Shown here one piece after another: positions 39,094-48,646 of a stretch of 64,000 bases of DNA (positions within the stretch are counted from its first letter, which is position 1; each line of letters opens with the position of its first letter). This DNA comes from a virus: positions 1 to 64,000 of IMG/VR virus record IMGVR_UViG_3300031999_000005; one strand, written 5' to 3'. Both the position numbers and the translations under genes were made by a program. The notes below the pieces were generated by a model, which saw only the letters and a program-made list of their open reading frames with translations, was not told the origin of the DNA and ran no database searches.

Positions 39094-40896
39094 ATGGAAA
39101 AGGCATACTACAACGAAAATGACGGTTTCGCGGCTGCATGGCTGCGGGAACTGATAAAGGAGGGAGTAATTGCCCATGGTGAAGTCGATGAACGAGACAT
39201 TTGGGATGTTCGGCCAGAGGAGCTTGCTGGATTTACCCAATGTCATTTCTTCGCCGGAATCGGAACTTGGTCCTACGCCCTGCGTTGTGCCGGTTGGGCC
39301 GATGATAGACCCTGCTGGACTGGCTCCTGCCCTTGCCAGCCTTTCAGCGCGAGCGGCAAAAGAAAAGGGTTTGCTGACGAGCGGCACTTATGGCCGGCGT
39401 GGTTCCATCTCATCCGCGTCTGCCGACCTCCAGTGGTCTATGGCGAGCAGGTTGCGGGAGGTGACGGCGAAACTTGGCTCGACCTTGTTCAGGCTGATTT
39501 GGAAGGAGAAGGTTACGCAGTCCCACCGTTTGATCTACCGGCTGCGGGCTTCGGCGCGCCGCACATCAGGCAGCGATTGTACTTCGTGGCCGACGCCGAA
39601 GACCCCAACCGGAGGGCCGGAAAGCGCGGAGAGAAAACAGGAATTGGGACGAACAGAAAGCGGGGGCGGGGATTTGCAGGCAGTAGCGCAAATGGCGGCA
39701 TGGCCGACGCCGCAGAGTCACGACGAACGGGAGCGCGGGAACACGGAAGCGGACCATCACTATTTCCCCCACGACCTGAGCAATGCGGCGAAGATGGCCG
39801 CATGGTGCAGCCCCTCAGTTGCGGACGGAACCGGAGGGCATTTGAGTCGCGGCGGGAATCGGAGGAACGAACCGTTGCTTCCGGGACAGGCGAAACTGGC
39901 GAGTTGGGCCACGCCGCGAAGCACGGACGGCCAGAAGGGCGGGCCGAATCAGCACGGCAGCAAGGGCGATCTGATGCTGCCGAGCCAGGCGGCGAGGGCT
40001 TCCTGGGCCACGCCAGCAGGGCGAGATTTTCGGGACGGGCGAGCCAGCCAGAAAACAATGGAGAAGAACGCACGGCCCCTGAACGAACAGGCGGTCCAAC
40101 TAACGGCTTCTGGGCCAACGCCGAATGGCTCCACTGCCGAGACCAGAAATACCGGGCAGTTGAACCCAAGTTTATCTCGCTATTTGCAGGGTCTTCCGGT
40201 AGAATGGGACTTGGCGGCTACAAGGGTAGAAAAGAAGCCGTCAAGGAGGAAGTGAATGCCAATCCCAGCGAAGCCGGACCCTGTAAGATTCTGCGCACTG
40301 TGCGGAAAGCAAATGCAGCGCCAGCGATACAACGGAGTCTTGGAGTCAAACCTGAACTTCCGGCGGCGGAAATACTGCAATCGAAACTGTATGGCCGTGG
40401 GGCAAATCCGCGAAGTAGTAATGAGCGTGAGCCACAGTCGGATCAAATCGCACCGCAAGGCCAAGGCGGAGTGCGAGATATGCCGGAAGTCCGACAAGAT
40501 CCATGTTCACCATCGCGACGGAAACCCCCTGAACAACGCGACCGACAATTTGCAGACTTTGTGCGCCTCGTGCCATCGTCTTACGCACTCGCCCAACTAC
40601 ATGGGGACACCGTTACTGCCGAAGCCATGTTCACACTGCTCAAAGCCAGTGGCGCGGAAAGGCTTGTGCAATACCCACCTTACCAGGTTGAAGCGGTATG
40701 GCGATCCCTTGGTCAAGAAGTTCAAGATCGGCTCCGAATGGGTTTTGATGCGGGTAACTTCGTGAGAATAACGGAACCGCCCCTCATCAAGGGAACCGTG
40801 AACAGAGTGGGACGCCTGCGCGGTTACGGCAACGCGCTCACGGCACCGGTTGCCGAGGCTTTCATCAGATGTTATCTTGAAATCCATGGGAGATAA
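39094..40896 (+). CDS. DNA (cytosine-5) methyltransferase, large (alpha) polypeptide
   Basis: FFAGIG (I), GSCPCQPFS (IV), EQV (VI), PHIRQRL (VIII), RLRGYGNA (X). Confidence 0.9.
   Translation: MEKAYYNENDGFAAAWLRELIKEGVIAHGEVDERDIWDVRPEELAGFTQCHFFAGIGTWSYALRCAGWADDRPCWTGSCPCQPFSASGKRKGFADERHLWPAWFHLIRVCRPPVVYGEQVAGGDGETWLDLVQADLEGEGYAVPPFDLPAAGFGAPHIRQRLYFVADAEDPNRRAGKRGEKTGIGTNRKRGRGFAGSSANGGMADAAESRRTGAREHGSGPSLFPPRPEQCGEDGRMVQPLSCGRNRRAFESRRESEERTVASGTGETGELGHAAKHGRPEGRAESARQQGRSDAAEPGGEGFLGHASRARFSGRASQPENNGEERTAPERTGGPTNGFWANAEWLHCRDQKYRAVEPKFISLFAGSSGRMGLGGYKGRKEAVKEEVNANPSEAGPCKILRTVRKANAAPAIQRSLGVKPELPAAEILQSKLYGRGANPRSSNEREPQSDQIAPQGQGGVRDMPEVRQDPCSPSRRKPPEQRDRQFADFVRLVPSSYALAQLHGDTVTAEAMFTLLKASGAERLVQYPPYQVEAVWRSLGQEVQDRLRMGFDAGNFVRITEPPLIKGTVNRVGRLRGYGNALTAPVAEAFIRCYLEIHGR
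39170..40255 (+). CDS. Overlapping alternative-frame polypeptide (putative beta subunit carrying motif IX)
   Basis: 361-codon open frame inside the MTase gene; WPTP/WATP repeats; ends GQLNPSLSRYLQGLPVEW; true start uncertain. Confidence 0.7.
   Translation: MPMVKSMNETFGMFGQRSLLDLPNVISSPESELGPTPCVVPVGPMIDPAGLAPALASLSARAAKEKGLLTSGTYGRRGSISSASADLQWSMASRLREVTAKLGSTLFRLIWKEKVTQSHRLIYRLRASARRTSGSDCTSWPTPKTPTGGPESAERKQELGRTESGGGDLQAVAQMAAWPTPQSHDERERGNTEADHHYFPHDLSNAAKMAAWCSPSVADGTGGHLSRGGNRRNEPLLPGQAKLASWATPRSTDGQKGGPNQHGSKGDLMLPSQAARASWATPAGRDFRDGRASQKTMEKNARPLNEQAVQLTASGPTPNGSTAETRNTGQLNPSLSRYLQGLPVEWDLAATRVEKKPSRRK
40256..40765 (+). CDS. HNH endonuclease nested in the MTase gene
   Basis: SD GGAGG; CEIC...HVHHRDGNPLNN...NLQTLCASCH. 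Confidence 0.88.
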   Translation: MPIPAKPDPVRFCALCGKQMQRQRYNGVLESNLNFRRRKYCNRNCMAVGQIREVVMSVSHSRIKSHRKAKAECEICRKSDKIHVHHRDGNPLNNATDNLQTLCASCHRLTHSPNYMGTPLLPKPCSHCSKPVARKGLCNTHLTRLKRYGDPLVKKFKIGSEWVLMRVTS

Positions 40897-40904
40897 ATAA
40901 ATAG

Positions 40905-41363
40905 ATGAGAAGTCCATCAAGGCAGGCACTCTCAAATCAGCAGAAAAAAGCCGCACTTGTGGCGTACAAGGGCGGCAGGTGTACAGATTGCGGAGGAACG
41001 TTTCCGCAGTGCTGTTATGACTTCGACCATAAGGACCGGACTCAAAAGCGATTCCACGTTGGTAGTCATATAGGAGGGGCGCTTCCAGCACTGATGCTGG
41101 AAGCCGACAAGTGCGATCTCATCTGTGCAAACTGTCATCGCATCCGAACGGCTGCGGATGCTGGAATAGCAGAACATCTTTCTCGGATAAGGAAGGGCAA
41201 ACCCGGCAGGCCGATGTCCGAAGAAAACAAGAAGCGGTTAAGCATCGCCACCAAGGGCAGGCGGCTGTCACAAGAACACAAGGAAAAACTCAGTGAGGCC
41301 AACAGGGGCAAGGTTCCCTGGAACAAGGGATTCTCTGCGCGCCGGTCGCGCAAGCCTTCATAG
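40905..41363 (+). CDS. HNH endonuclease with NUMOD3 repeats
   Basis: KGGRCTDCG...DFDH...KCDLICANCHRIRT; SEENKKRLS / SQEHKEKLS...PWNKG. Confidence 0.85.
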   Translation: MRSPSRQALSNQQKKAALVAYKGGRCTDCGGTFPQCCYDFDHKDRTQKRFHVGSHIGGALPALMLEADKCDLICANCHRIRTAADAGIAEHLSRIRKGKPGRPMSEENKKRLSIATKGRRLSQEHKEKLSEANRGKVPWNKGFSARRSRKPS

Positions 41364-41382
41364 AGGCGTACATGGGGTGCAG

Positions 41383-42108
41383 ATGAACGGATTGCCGAAG
41401 GCGTACTACGATGACGGGAGGGGGATCAGGATATACCTGGGAGACTGCCGTAAAATTCTTTTCTTGCTTGAGCAGCATGATGCCTGCCTAACGAGCCCGC
41501 CGTACAATCTCAGGAAGGGATATCCATGCGATGATTGGCCGACATGGAATAATTATTACGGGTTCCTGCGAGGTGTGTACGGAGCGGTTCCGGCGCCGAT
41601 CCAGGCGTGGTTATTTCCATTTTCGCTGAATGACGAGGACTCAGGATTGATCCGCGCAACATGGAATGAATGTGCCCTCCCATGGAAGCGGCTAAGACTT
41701 GTCCTGCGGCATCCTTCCGTGGACGACAGCAAAAGCCTAATCGCAATGCCGCCACGAGCGGAAATCCTCTGCATCAATACTTGGGCTGAAGAGAACGGGC
41801 CGAAGATCTGGTGGGTGCCACACGCGAAGTTCGCGGCAAGTAGATTATCTATGCGGGTTGGTCATCCGGCCAGTTTCCATGAACGGTTGCCAGCAGAGTT
41901 CTTCGCAGCCTTCCCAACCGTTAAGTCGGTGATTGATCCATTCATGGGTACGGGGACGACGCTTGTGGTCGCAAAGCAGCGTGGGATACAAGCGACCGGG
42001 ATCGAGATTGTTGAGGAATTTGCCGAACTTGCAGTGAAGCGTTTGGCGCAGGAGATGTTGCCGCTTCGAGCACCTGCTTTGGAGCCAGAGCAGGGGAGTC
42101 TGATCTGA
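41383..42108 (+). CDS. DNA N4-cytosine/N6-adenine methyltransferase (beta class)
   Basis: TSPPYN, HPASF, DPFMGTGTT, GIEI. Confidence 0.88.
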   Translation: MNGLPKAYYDDGRGIRIYLGDCRKILFLLEQHDACLTSPPYNLRKGYPCDDWPTWNNYYGFLRGVYGAVPAPIQAWLFPFSLNDEDSGLIRATWNECALPWKRLRLVLRHPSVDDSKSLIAMPPRAEILCINTWAEENGPKIWWVPHAKFAASRLSMRVGHPASFHERLPAEFFAAFPTVKSVIDPFMGTGTTLVVAKQRGIQATGIEIVEEFAELAVKRLAQEMLPLRAPALEPEQGSLI

Positions 42109-42123
42109 TTGCCAGGAGGGAAG

Positions 42124-42411
42124 ATGGTGCCATGGGGCGAATGCAGCCAGTGCGGGTTGTGCTGTTTGAGCAAGGGCGGACGGTATATCTGCGAACACCT
42201 GGAGGTGATTACCGCGGTGGGGGAGGCTGGGGGGACGCGGTGCAAGGTTTACGGGGAGCGGTGGCACTTAATGACGATTCGGATGCTAGACCGAGAGCGG
42301 GGGCGGGCGTCGTATGTGACAGAGTGCTTGATTTCCGAGCAGATGCCGTTTGAGGAGCGGAGGAGGAATTTGCCGGCGGGGTGTACGCTGGTGAATCCGG
42401 TGCTGGGGTGA
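42124..42411 (+). CDS. Cys-cluster (CxxCxxCC) protein
   Basis: CSQCGLCC...CEHL...CKVYGER. Confidence 0.6.
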   Translation: MVPWGECSQCGLCCLSKGGRYICEHLEVITAVGEAGGTRCKVYGERWHLMTIRMLDRERGRASYVTECLISEQMPFEERRRNLPAGCTLVNPVLG

Positions 42412-42439
42412 ATGTCCAAATTTGGATGTTGGAGGGGGC

Positions 42440-42913
42440 ATGGAGGAAAGGATCACGGTCAGGTGCCCACGGTGCAAGCTGGTGCAGTACGTGGCTGCGG
42501 CCAAGCGTTGTCGGCGGTGCTGGTTTGCCGGTGTGATTGTTCCGTTGGGTGCTGATCCTCTGGCCGCAGTGAGTAAAGTGCAACCTGCAAGCCCCGACGA
42601 GGCAGTGGATTTTCTTGAAGCGTTGCGATACTGGCGAAATATCGCTGGAATGAACAGAGCACAATTGGGCACCCGCATGGGCAGATACCGCCGGACGTAT
42701 ATCTATAGATGGGGAAGAGCGCGCCGTTCTCCGAATGTTGAGAACATCATGTCTGTGGCAAAGGCGCTTGGCATCCCGGCGAGGTGGCTGCTGGTTCCCT
42801 GGCCCACCGACGGAACATCCCGGATGATCTTGTGGGAGGCGAGCAAGTTGCCAGCCAAGCGCCGCTGGGAGTTGATGGGGAAGGTGCGGGGCATGGCTGA
42901 GGGGCGGGCATAA
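42440..42913 (+). CDS. Zn-ribbon plus XRE HTH transcription regulator
   Basis: CPRC...CRRC; LRYWRNIAGMNRAQLG...RTYIYRW...P..ENI..VAKALGI. Confidence 0.75.
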   Translation: MEERITVRCPRCKLVQYVAAAKRCRRCWFAGVIVPLGADPLAAVSKVQPASPDEAVDFLEALRYWRNIAGMNRAQLGTRMGRYRRTYIYRWGRARRSPNVENIMSVAKALGIPARWLLVPWPTDGTSRMILWEASKLPAKRRWELMGKVRGMAEGRA

Positions 42914-42991
42914 AAAAATCCGCAGAATTTACTTGTAAAACGTAAAACAGGCAGGTACGATAGGCAGCGGCTATAAAGGAGGCCGACAAGG

Positions 42992-43390
42992 ATGAAACTG
43001 AGATGGCGAGGAATTCTGGTTTTGGTGATGGCGTGCGCGGTGGGCTTGGCGGGGCAGGTGAAGCCGGGTGCTGAGAAAGCGAAGGCCAGCGCCGACTCGA
43101 TGGTTCTGAGCGAGGTGGAGACCCTCAAAGGCAAAAACCTGGACTTGAAAATCCTCACAGCGCGGCAGGAGCAGGAACTTCTTCAAGTGCGCTTCCAGCA
43201 GATGCAGCAACGCTTCCAGTTGCTTGAGAAAGAGATCGAACTGCTAGATGCCGATATTAAGCAGCATGAAAAGGACGTGCTGGCCGCGCACAAGGCACCG
43301 AAAGGTAGCAGGGTGGACACAAGCACCGGTCGGATTGTGCCGCCGCCCCCGGAGGCCAAACCGACAGAGAAACCACCTGAGTCGAAGTAG
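42992..43390 (+). CDS. Secreted or periplasmic coiled-coil protein
   Basis: Signal peptide MKLRWRGILVLVMACAVGLA; SD aaggagg. Confidence 0.65.
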   Translation: MKLRWRGILVLVMACAVGLAGQVKPGAEKAKASADSMVLSEVETLKGKNLDLKILTARQEQELLQVRFQQMQQRFQLLEKEIELLDADIKQHEKDVLAAHKAPKGSRVDTSTGRIVPPPPEAKPTEKPPESK

Positions 43391-43585
43391 AGAGATCATG
43401 CCGGCAAGACGCAACGACAAACTGATGACCCCTGAGCGGCGTCGGGAACGCTGGAAGGAATGCGCGGAATATCTGCGCCGACATGGGAACCTGTCGGCTG
43501 CCAGGGCGGCAGCCAAGAAAGACGGGAAGAACCAGAACGTTAGCGTGTGGATCTCGGCCCTGGGGAAGATGCTGGAAGGGAAACT

Positions 43586-44077
43586 ATGAAACTTCAGGAA
43601 TGGTGGACGAAGGCGACACCGGCAGAGCGGAATGCGCTGGTGGCCGAGAAGATCATAGGCATCACCGATTTCCGTAAGGACTGGCCGTGCTACATCTCGC
43701 CGGAAGACGGAAAGTTGGTGCCTTGGCTTGAAGAATGGGGTGACTTCACGGAAGGAGAACGTGATCGTGACCTCTTTACAGAACGTGGCCTTTTCTTCCG
43801 CAATGAATACGGTATCCTTGAGGCTGTTCCTGATTATCAAGGGGACATCGCAGCCGTATGGCAGGTGGTGGAGAAATTGCGGGATATGTGGACCATTGCT
43901 ACGGCTAAAAGCGATGGAATCCATGGCGACTTTGAACACCCCTTTGACGACCTTCGATTCTTTGAGCATCTACACCGTGCGGCAGACCGACGTTGGCCCT
44001 GGGCATTTTTGTATGTAACGCCTGAAATAATCTGCCTTGCGGCGCTGGAAGCCCTCGGCGTCGAGGAAGTCGGATAA
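43586..44077 (+). CDS. Phage ABA-sandwich-like protein (paralog of 44978-45343)
   Basis: NALVAEKIIG...DIAAVWQVVEKL...PEIICLAAL. Confidence 0.65.
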   Translation: MKLQEWWTKATPAERNALVAEKIIGITDFRKDWPCYISPEDGKLVPWLEEWGDFTEGERDRDLFTERGLFFRNEYGILEAVPDYQGDIAAVWQVVEKLRDMWTIATAKSDGIHGDFEHPFDDLRFFEHLHRAADRRWPWAFLYVTPEIICLAALEALGVEEVG

Positions 44078-44977
44078 TGGGCAAAGAGCCAACAGGGGCG
44101 GAATCCCGCTGGATTGAACTCAAGGAGCGGGATTTCATTTCAGAAGATCGGCAAGGGCGGATTGCGCGCTCCCTGGAAGCATTGTGCGGGGGAACGGGGA
44201 TACGGTTATCGGCCGAGGAATGGAAGCGGGTTGCGGAAGATTCAGACCTGGAGGATGAAGAAAGATGAAACTTAAGATCATCGTTCCTGAAGGCACGGCG
44301 TTTTTAAAGTGGTACGGCATGGCGTGGTTATGCTGGGACAAAATGGCCTGGGTGGCCTATCCGATTCCGCTGAATCTGGTGATGCGGTTCCTGCACTGCG
44401 TTTGGATCATGTTGCGGAACGGCTTCCGCCCCAGTTGGCTTGACTACTTTATCCGTGAAGTGCGCAAGCGGGAATACGACCGTGGTTATGCGGCTGGCTG
44501 GGCAGATGCGGTCAAGGAGAACTACCAGAAAGGATTTCTCCGTTTGGGGAATCAGATTGGTAACGAGTTTGAAACCCTGCGTCGTGCTCTGGTGGGGAAA
44601 ACAGGAGCACGCGAAGCAGACGAGTCTCTGCCGCCGGAACATCCTGGTTGAAGTGGAAGGAGTTGGCCATGAAAAATAATGTTGTCTCAATGCCGAAGGG
44701 ATACCCTACGATGGCGGAGATTGATCTCCAGTATCGGAAGGCGGCAGTAGAATGGCGTTGCTCAGGATTGAATCCTGACCTTTTTGCGTGCAATCGCCCG
44801 TCGCGCAGTTGGCGGAGAACCGTGCTGTGGTTTATCACCGGCTGGCGATTTGTGGTGCTGCTGGGACTGCTGGCCTTTGGGATTACGTGGTTCCTGACGC
44901 GGCGATAATGTTTTACTTTTTCCCTTGCATTTCACGTAAAACGCGGCTACGCTTGTTTTCCTACGGAGGTGAACCCC

Positions 44978-45343
44978 ATGCCAACCGATGAAGTTCTCAA
45001 CCGTCTAATAACCGAAAAAGTTATGGGGCGCGTTCTTCCACGCCTTTCCATTGATGTGTTCGATTTCCAGGGTTTTGTCGAAGGTGCTTGGCTGGTGATC
45101 GAGAAGATGCTGGAACGTGGATTCAGCCCCACGGTGAACCACAACGGCCCTCCAGGGCATTTCACCCACAGTCCCGATTGGGCTGGCCCTTGGCATTGCT
45201 GCTTCCATAACACCAAGGGATGCCTCCACTGTGGGGATGAATCATGCAAGTGCTATTCCCATGCTGAGGCGGACACGCCAGCGCGGGCGATCTGTTTGGC
45301 TGCACTCAAAGCCCGTGGAGTGGAGGTTTCCGATGCTGACTGA
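44978..45343 (+). CDS. Phage ABA-sandwich-like protein
   Basis: NRLITEKVMG...AWLVIEKM...ADTPARAICLAALKA. Confidence 0.65.
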   Translation: MPTDEVLNRLITEKVMGRVLPRLSIDVFDFQGFVEGAWLVIEKMLERGFSPTVNHNGPPGHFTHSPDWAGPWHCCFHNTKGCLHCGDESCKCYSHAEADTPARAICLAALKARGVEVSDAD

Positions 45344-45812
45344 GGTACATCCAAATCTGTACGTTGCGGGCATTGAACATTGCCCCCTGACCTACCGGCG
45401 GAACGAAGATTGGGCCGGCATCGTTCACGCCTGCAAAGACCCCTGCCACGCCCGCGTCGTCGGGCACCGAGTCGCCAAAGACGATCCTCAATACCTGTGG
45501 GCAGAACGACCGGTTGATCTATGGCTCAACATGATTGACCCGCCGGTGCCGCTGTTCAAGGCGGAGTTGTTCAACAAGGCCCTGGACTTCATCTCGGAGC
45601 GCATCCAGAAGGGGCGTGTGCTGGTTCACTGCAACGAGGGGTTGTCGCGGGCGCCGACAATCGCGCTGGTGTGGCTGGCGAAGCGGGCCAGGATGCTTCC
45701 GGTGGAGAATTACCAGGATGCGCGGGTAGCATTCGAATCAAAGATGCCGGACTATGCGCCGGGCCTTGGGATTCAGATTTTCCTGCGGGGGCATTGGGAG
45801 GAGGTCGGATGA
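45333..45812 (+). CDS. Dual-specificity / Cys-based protein phosphatase
   Basis: VLVHCNEGLSRA (HCxxGxSR); EVHPNLYV N-terminus. Confidence 0.88.
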   Translation: MLTEVHPNLYVAGIEHCPLTYRRNEDWAGIVHACKDPCHARVVGHRVAKDDPQYLWAERPVDLWLNMIDPPVPLFKAELFNKALDFISERIQKGRVLVHCNEGLSRAPTIALVWLAKRARMLPVENYQDARVAFESKMPDYAPGLGIQIFLRGHWEEVG

Positions 45813-46642
45813 TTGTCCTTATCGTTCTCCATGCAGTTATGTTTATGGTTCTCGGCTGGTTTACGGTGGGGTATCTGCGGAATCACCGGAAGTTGGCCGA
45901 AACCGCGCAGTTACTCCACCTACAGAAAGAGCACGAAAACTACCTGAAAGAGCAGATACGTGTACTGACGGGTAGATTGTGCAAGATGGCACCTTTCGGG
46001 AAGCCGGTTCTTGAGCGCTTGCTGAAAGAGGAACCGAGACCCATTACCCTGCATCACCTGAGCACTGGCCGATACGCACGCGGGGAGACATTAGAAATTG
46101 ATCCAGCAGAGATTATTGCGGCTGGCTGGATAGTCCCCCCGCACGAATATGAAGCGCTACGCCAGCATCTGAAGTGTGGCCTCCGGCAGCAACAATCTTT
46201 AGAACCGCGGGCACTGGACATCGGCTATGACGAATTGATGTTGAACAGAAAAATCACGGTGAACGGCCATCCGGTACTTGAAGGGTTGGAAGAACCAGCG
46301 AAGAAGGAGGAATATGACCAAAAAGGCGAAGAAGGATGACAGGCATCTGATCGGGCAGAAAACCCGAGAGGGGTACATCGTCAAAGACGGGAAGTTCTAC
46401 ATCTCCCTAAGCATGGCCTCCAGGATGAAGAACGTCATGGCGCAGGCGCTTGCACTTAAAAGATTGGCTAAGGAAACCAACACCTTTGTGGCGGCCCGCT
46501 ACACTGAACTGGAAAAGGAAGGCCAGCGTTTTTGGACGGACATCTGCGATGACCTTGGGATTGAGATAGAAGGGCATCGCTGGATGTTTGATCCCTACAA
46601 GGATTGCGTTTTCGAGGCCCTGCCCCCAGAGAAGAAACAGGA

Positions 46643-48406
46643 ATGAGTGTTGCTCTGCACATCGCGGAAGGACTGAACCTGCCGATTGATCTGGCAACGC
46701 AGACCATTCTCATTGTCGGCAAGCGCGGCAGTGGGAAGAGCACCACCTGCGTCCGTCTGGCCGAACAATTTTTCAAGGCGAAGATACCATTCGTCTCGAT
46801 AGACCCGACCGATACATGGTACGGCCTGAAGGCTTCCAAGGATGGAAAGGGACCTGGACTGGGCGTCTACATCTTTGGTGGCCGGCACGCTGATCTCCCA
46901 CTGGAGTCCACCGCAGGGGCGCTTGTAGCTGATGTGGTGGTGGATCATCGCATCTCCGCAGTTCTCTCCATTAAGCACTTCTCTGGCCGGGAGCGCGGTC
47001 GGTTTGTGTCGGACTTCGCTGACCGCCTCTACCACCGGAATACCGAACCTCTGCACCTCTTCTTGGAGGAAGCCCATGAAGTGGCACCTCAGCAACCGTT
47101 CAAGGGCGAAGAAGAAATGCTTGGGCGAGTCACGCGGATCTGGAAACTCGGTCGATCATCTGGCCTTGGTGGTTCAGCCATCACGCAGCGGCCAGCCTCG
47201 TTGTCGAAAAACATCACGACGCAGGCAGAGGTTCTAATAGTCCACCGGATTCTTGGGCCGCAGGATGTTGCGGCCATTCGGGAATGGATCAAATACCACG
47301 GGGAGAGCGACCAAGTTCTTTCACAACTGTCTGGATTGAAAACCGGTGAGGCATGGCTTTGGGCACCGGACTTCCCTGAAGGGTCTCCAATCGGACTTCG
47401 GCGGGTGAAAATCCTCGACCGCGAGACTTTCAATTCTTCGGCAACACCGAAGGCCGGGGAGCGCCAAACCGAACCGAAGGTGCTAGCCCCGGTTGATCTC
47501 GATGCCCTCCGTTCGAAGATGGCGGCTACCATTGAGCGTTCCAAGGCCGACGATCCGAAGGAACTGCGGAAGAAACTTGCGGCCAAGGATGCGGAGATTC
47601 GGAAGTTAACCGCTGGCATCAAGCCGGTCGATCCCGAAGCGCTGGAGCGTGCCCGCCAGGAAGGCGCGGACAATGCGGCCCGGCAGTTTCGCGGAGAGAC
47701 CAAGAAACTCCAGGACAAGATAAAGGATACGGCGCAATTGCTGGCTGGCATCCGGGGGAGTTTCGATAAAGCCTGTGAGATTTTGAATGAGGCGTGCCTG
47801 GGAGAAATCAAGGCTGTGCCGTTCACTGAGGTAATGAGTCGGCCGAACCAGAGATTCAAGGCACCCGCTTTCAGACCCACGCCCCCCATCCTGCCGCGCA
47901 GGAACAAAGTGGTCGTTGAGGATGACGGGAATCTGACCGGCCCGGAGCAACGCATTCTGGACGCTATTGCTTGGATGGAAAGTATTGGAGTGAATCAGCC
48001 AGAGCAACCTGCCGTGGCATTCTTGGCGGGATACAGGATTGGCGGGGGTGCCTGGAATAATCCTCGCGGTCGATTGCGAACCAGGGGACTGGTTGAATAC
48101 GCCGGGAATTGCGTGCTACTGACTGAGGCTGGCCGTGCCCTTGCCAACAAGCCTGATACACCGGCTACCACTGAGGGTCTGCACGCTGCCATCATGGCCC
48201 GGCTTCGCGGCCCTGAGCAGAAAATCCTGCGCGTGATCTTGGAGCGGTATCCTCACAGTATCTCGAACGAGGAATGCGCGGCAGAGGCGGGGTACTCCCT
48301 GGGTGGTGCTTACAATAATCCCCGCGGTCGACTGCGGACACTGGGATTGATTGAATACCCTAGCGGCGGGATGCTGCGGGCGCGGGGCATCCTTTTCTTG
48401 GAGTGA
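46643..48406 (+). CDS. HerA/DUF87-like ATPase with coiled coil and two C-terminal winged-helix-like repeats
   Basis: GKRGSGKS, IDP, EEAH, GRSSGLG, TQRPA; duplicated GPEQ.IL...NNPRGRLRT.GL.EY. Confidence 0.85.
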   Translation: MSVALHIAEGLNLPIDLATQTILIVGKRGSGKSTTCVRLAEQFFKAKIPFVSIDPTDTWYGLKASKDGKGPGLGVYIFGGRHADLPLESTAGALVADVVVDHRISAVLSIKHFSGRERGRFVSDFADRLYHRNTEPLHLFLEEAHEVAPQQPFKGEEEMLGRVTRIWKLGRSSGLGGSAITQRPASLSKNITTQAEVLIVHRILGPQDVAAIREWIKYHGESDQVLSQLSGLKTGEAWLWAPDFPEGSPIGLRRVKILDRETFNSSATPKAGERQTEPKVLAPVDLDALRSKMAATIERSKADDPKELRKKLAAKDAEIRKLTAGIKPVDPEALERARQEGADNAARQFRGETKKLQDKIKDTAQLLAGIRGSFDKACEILNEACLGEIKAVPFTEVMSRPNQRFKAPAFRPTPPILPRRNKVVVEDDGNLTGPEQRILDAIAWMESIGVNQPEQPAVAFLAGYRIGGGAWNNPRGRLRTRGLVEYAGNCVLLTEAGRALANKPDTPATTEGLHAAIMARLRGPEQKILRVILERYPHSISNEECAAEAGYSLGGAYNNPRGRLRTLGLIEYPSGGMLRARGILFLE

Positions 48407-48409
48407 ACC

Positions 48410-48646
48410 ATGATCGAATGCACCCTTCACGATTTTCACCAATGGCTGGATGAACAGGGTTGGCCGAGTGAAATCATTCTGCATCCAGACGACTTCACGC
48501 TGCTACAAGCCCGCTTTGGACCCGGAGACCGCAAACTGCTGTTCGATGACTGGAGAAACTATTTTATCTGTGGGCCTACGCGCATTCGACCGGGTGCCTC
48601 CAACAAGAAGTTTCTGGACGTGAGCAAGGAGAGACTGTTCAAGTGA
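48410..48646 (+). CDS. Hypothetical protein
   Basis: Operon-contiguous; PSEIILHPDDF motif. Confidence 0.55.
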   Translation: MIECTLHDFHQWLDEQGWPSEIILHPDDFTLLQARFGPGDRKLLFDDWRNYFICGPTRIRPGASNKKFLDVSKERLFK

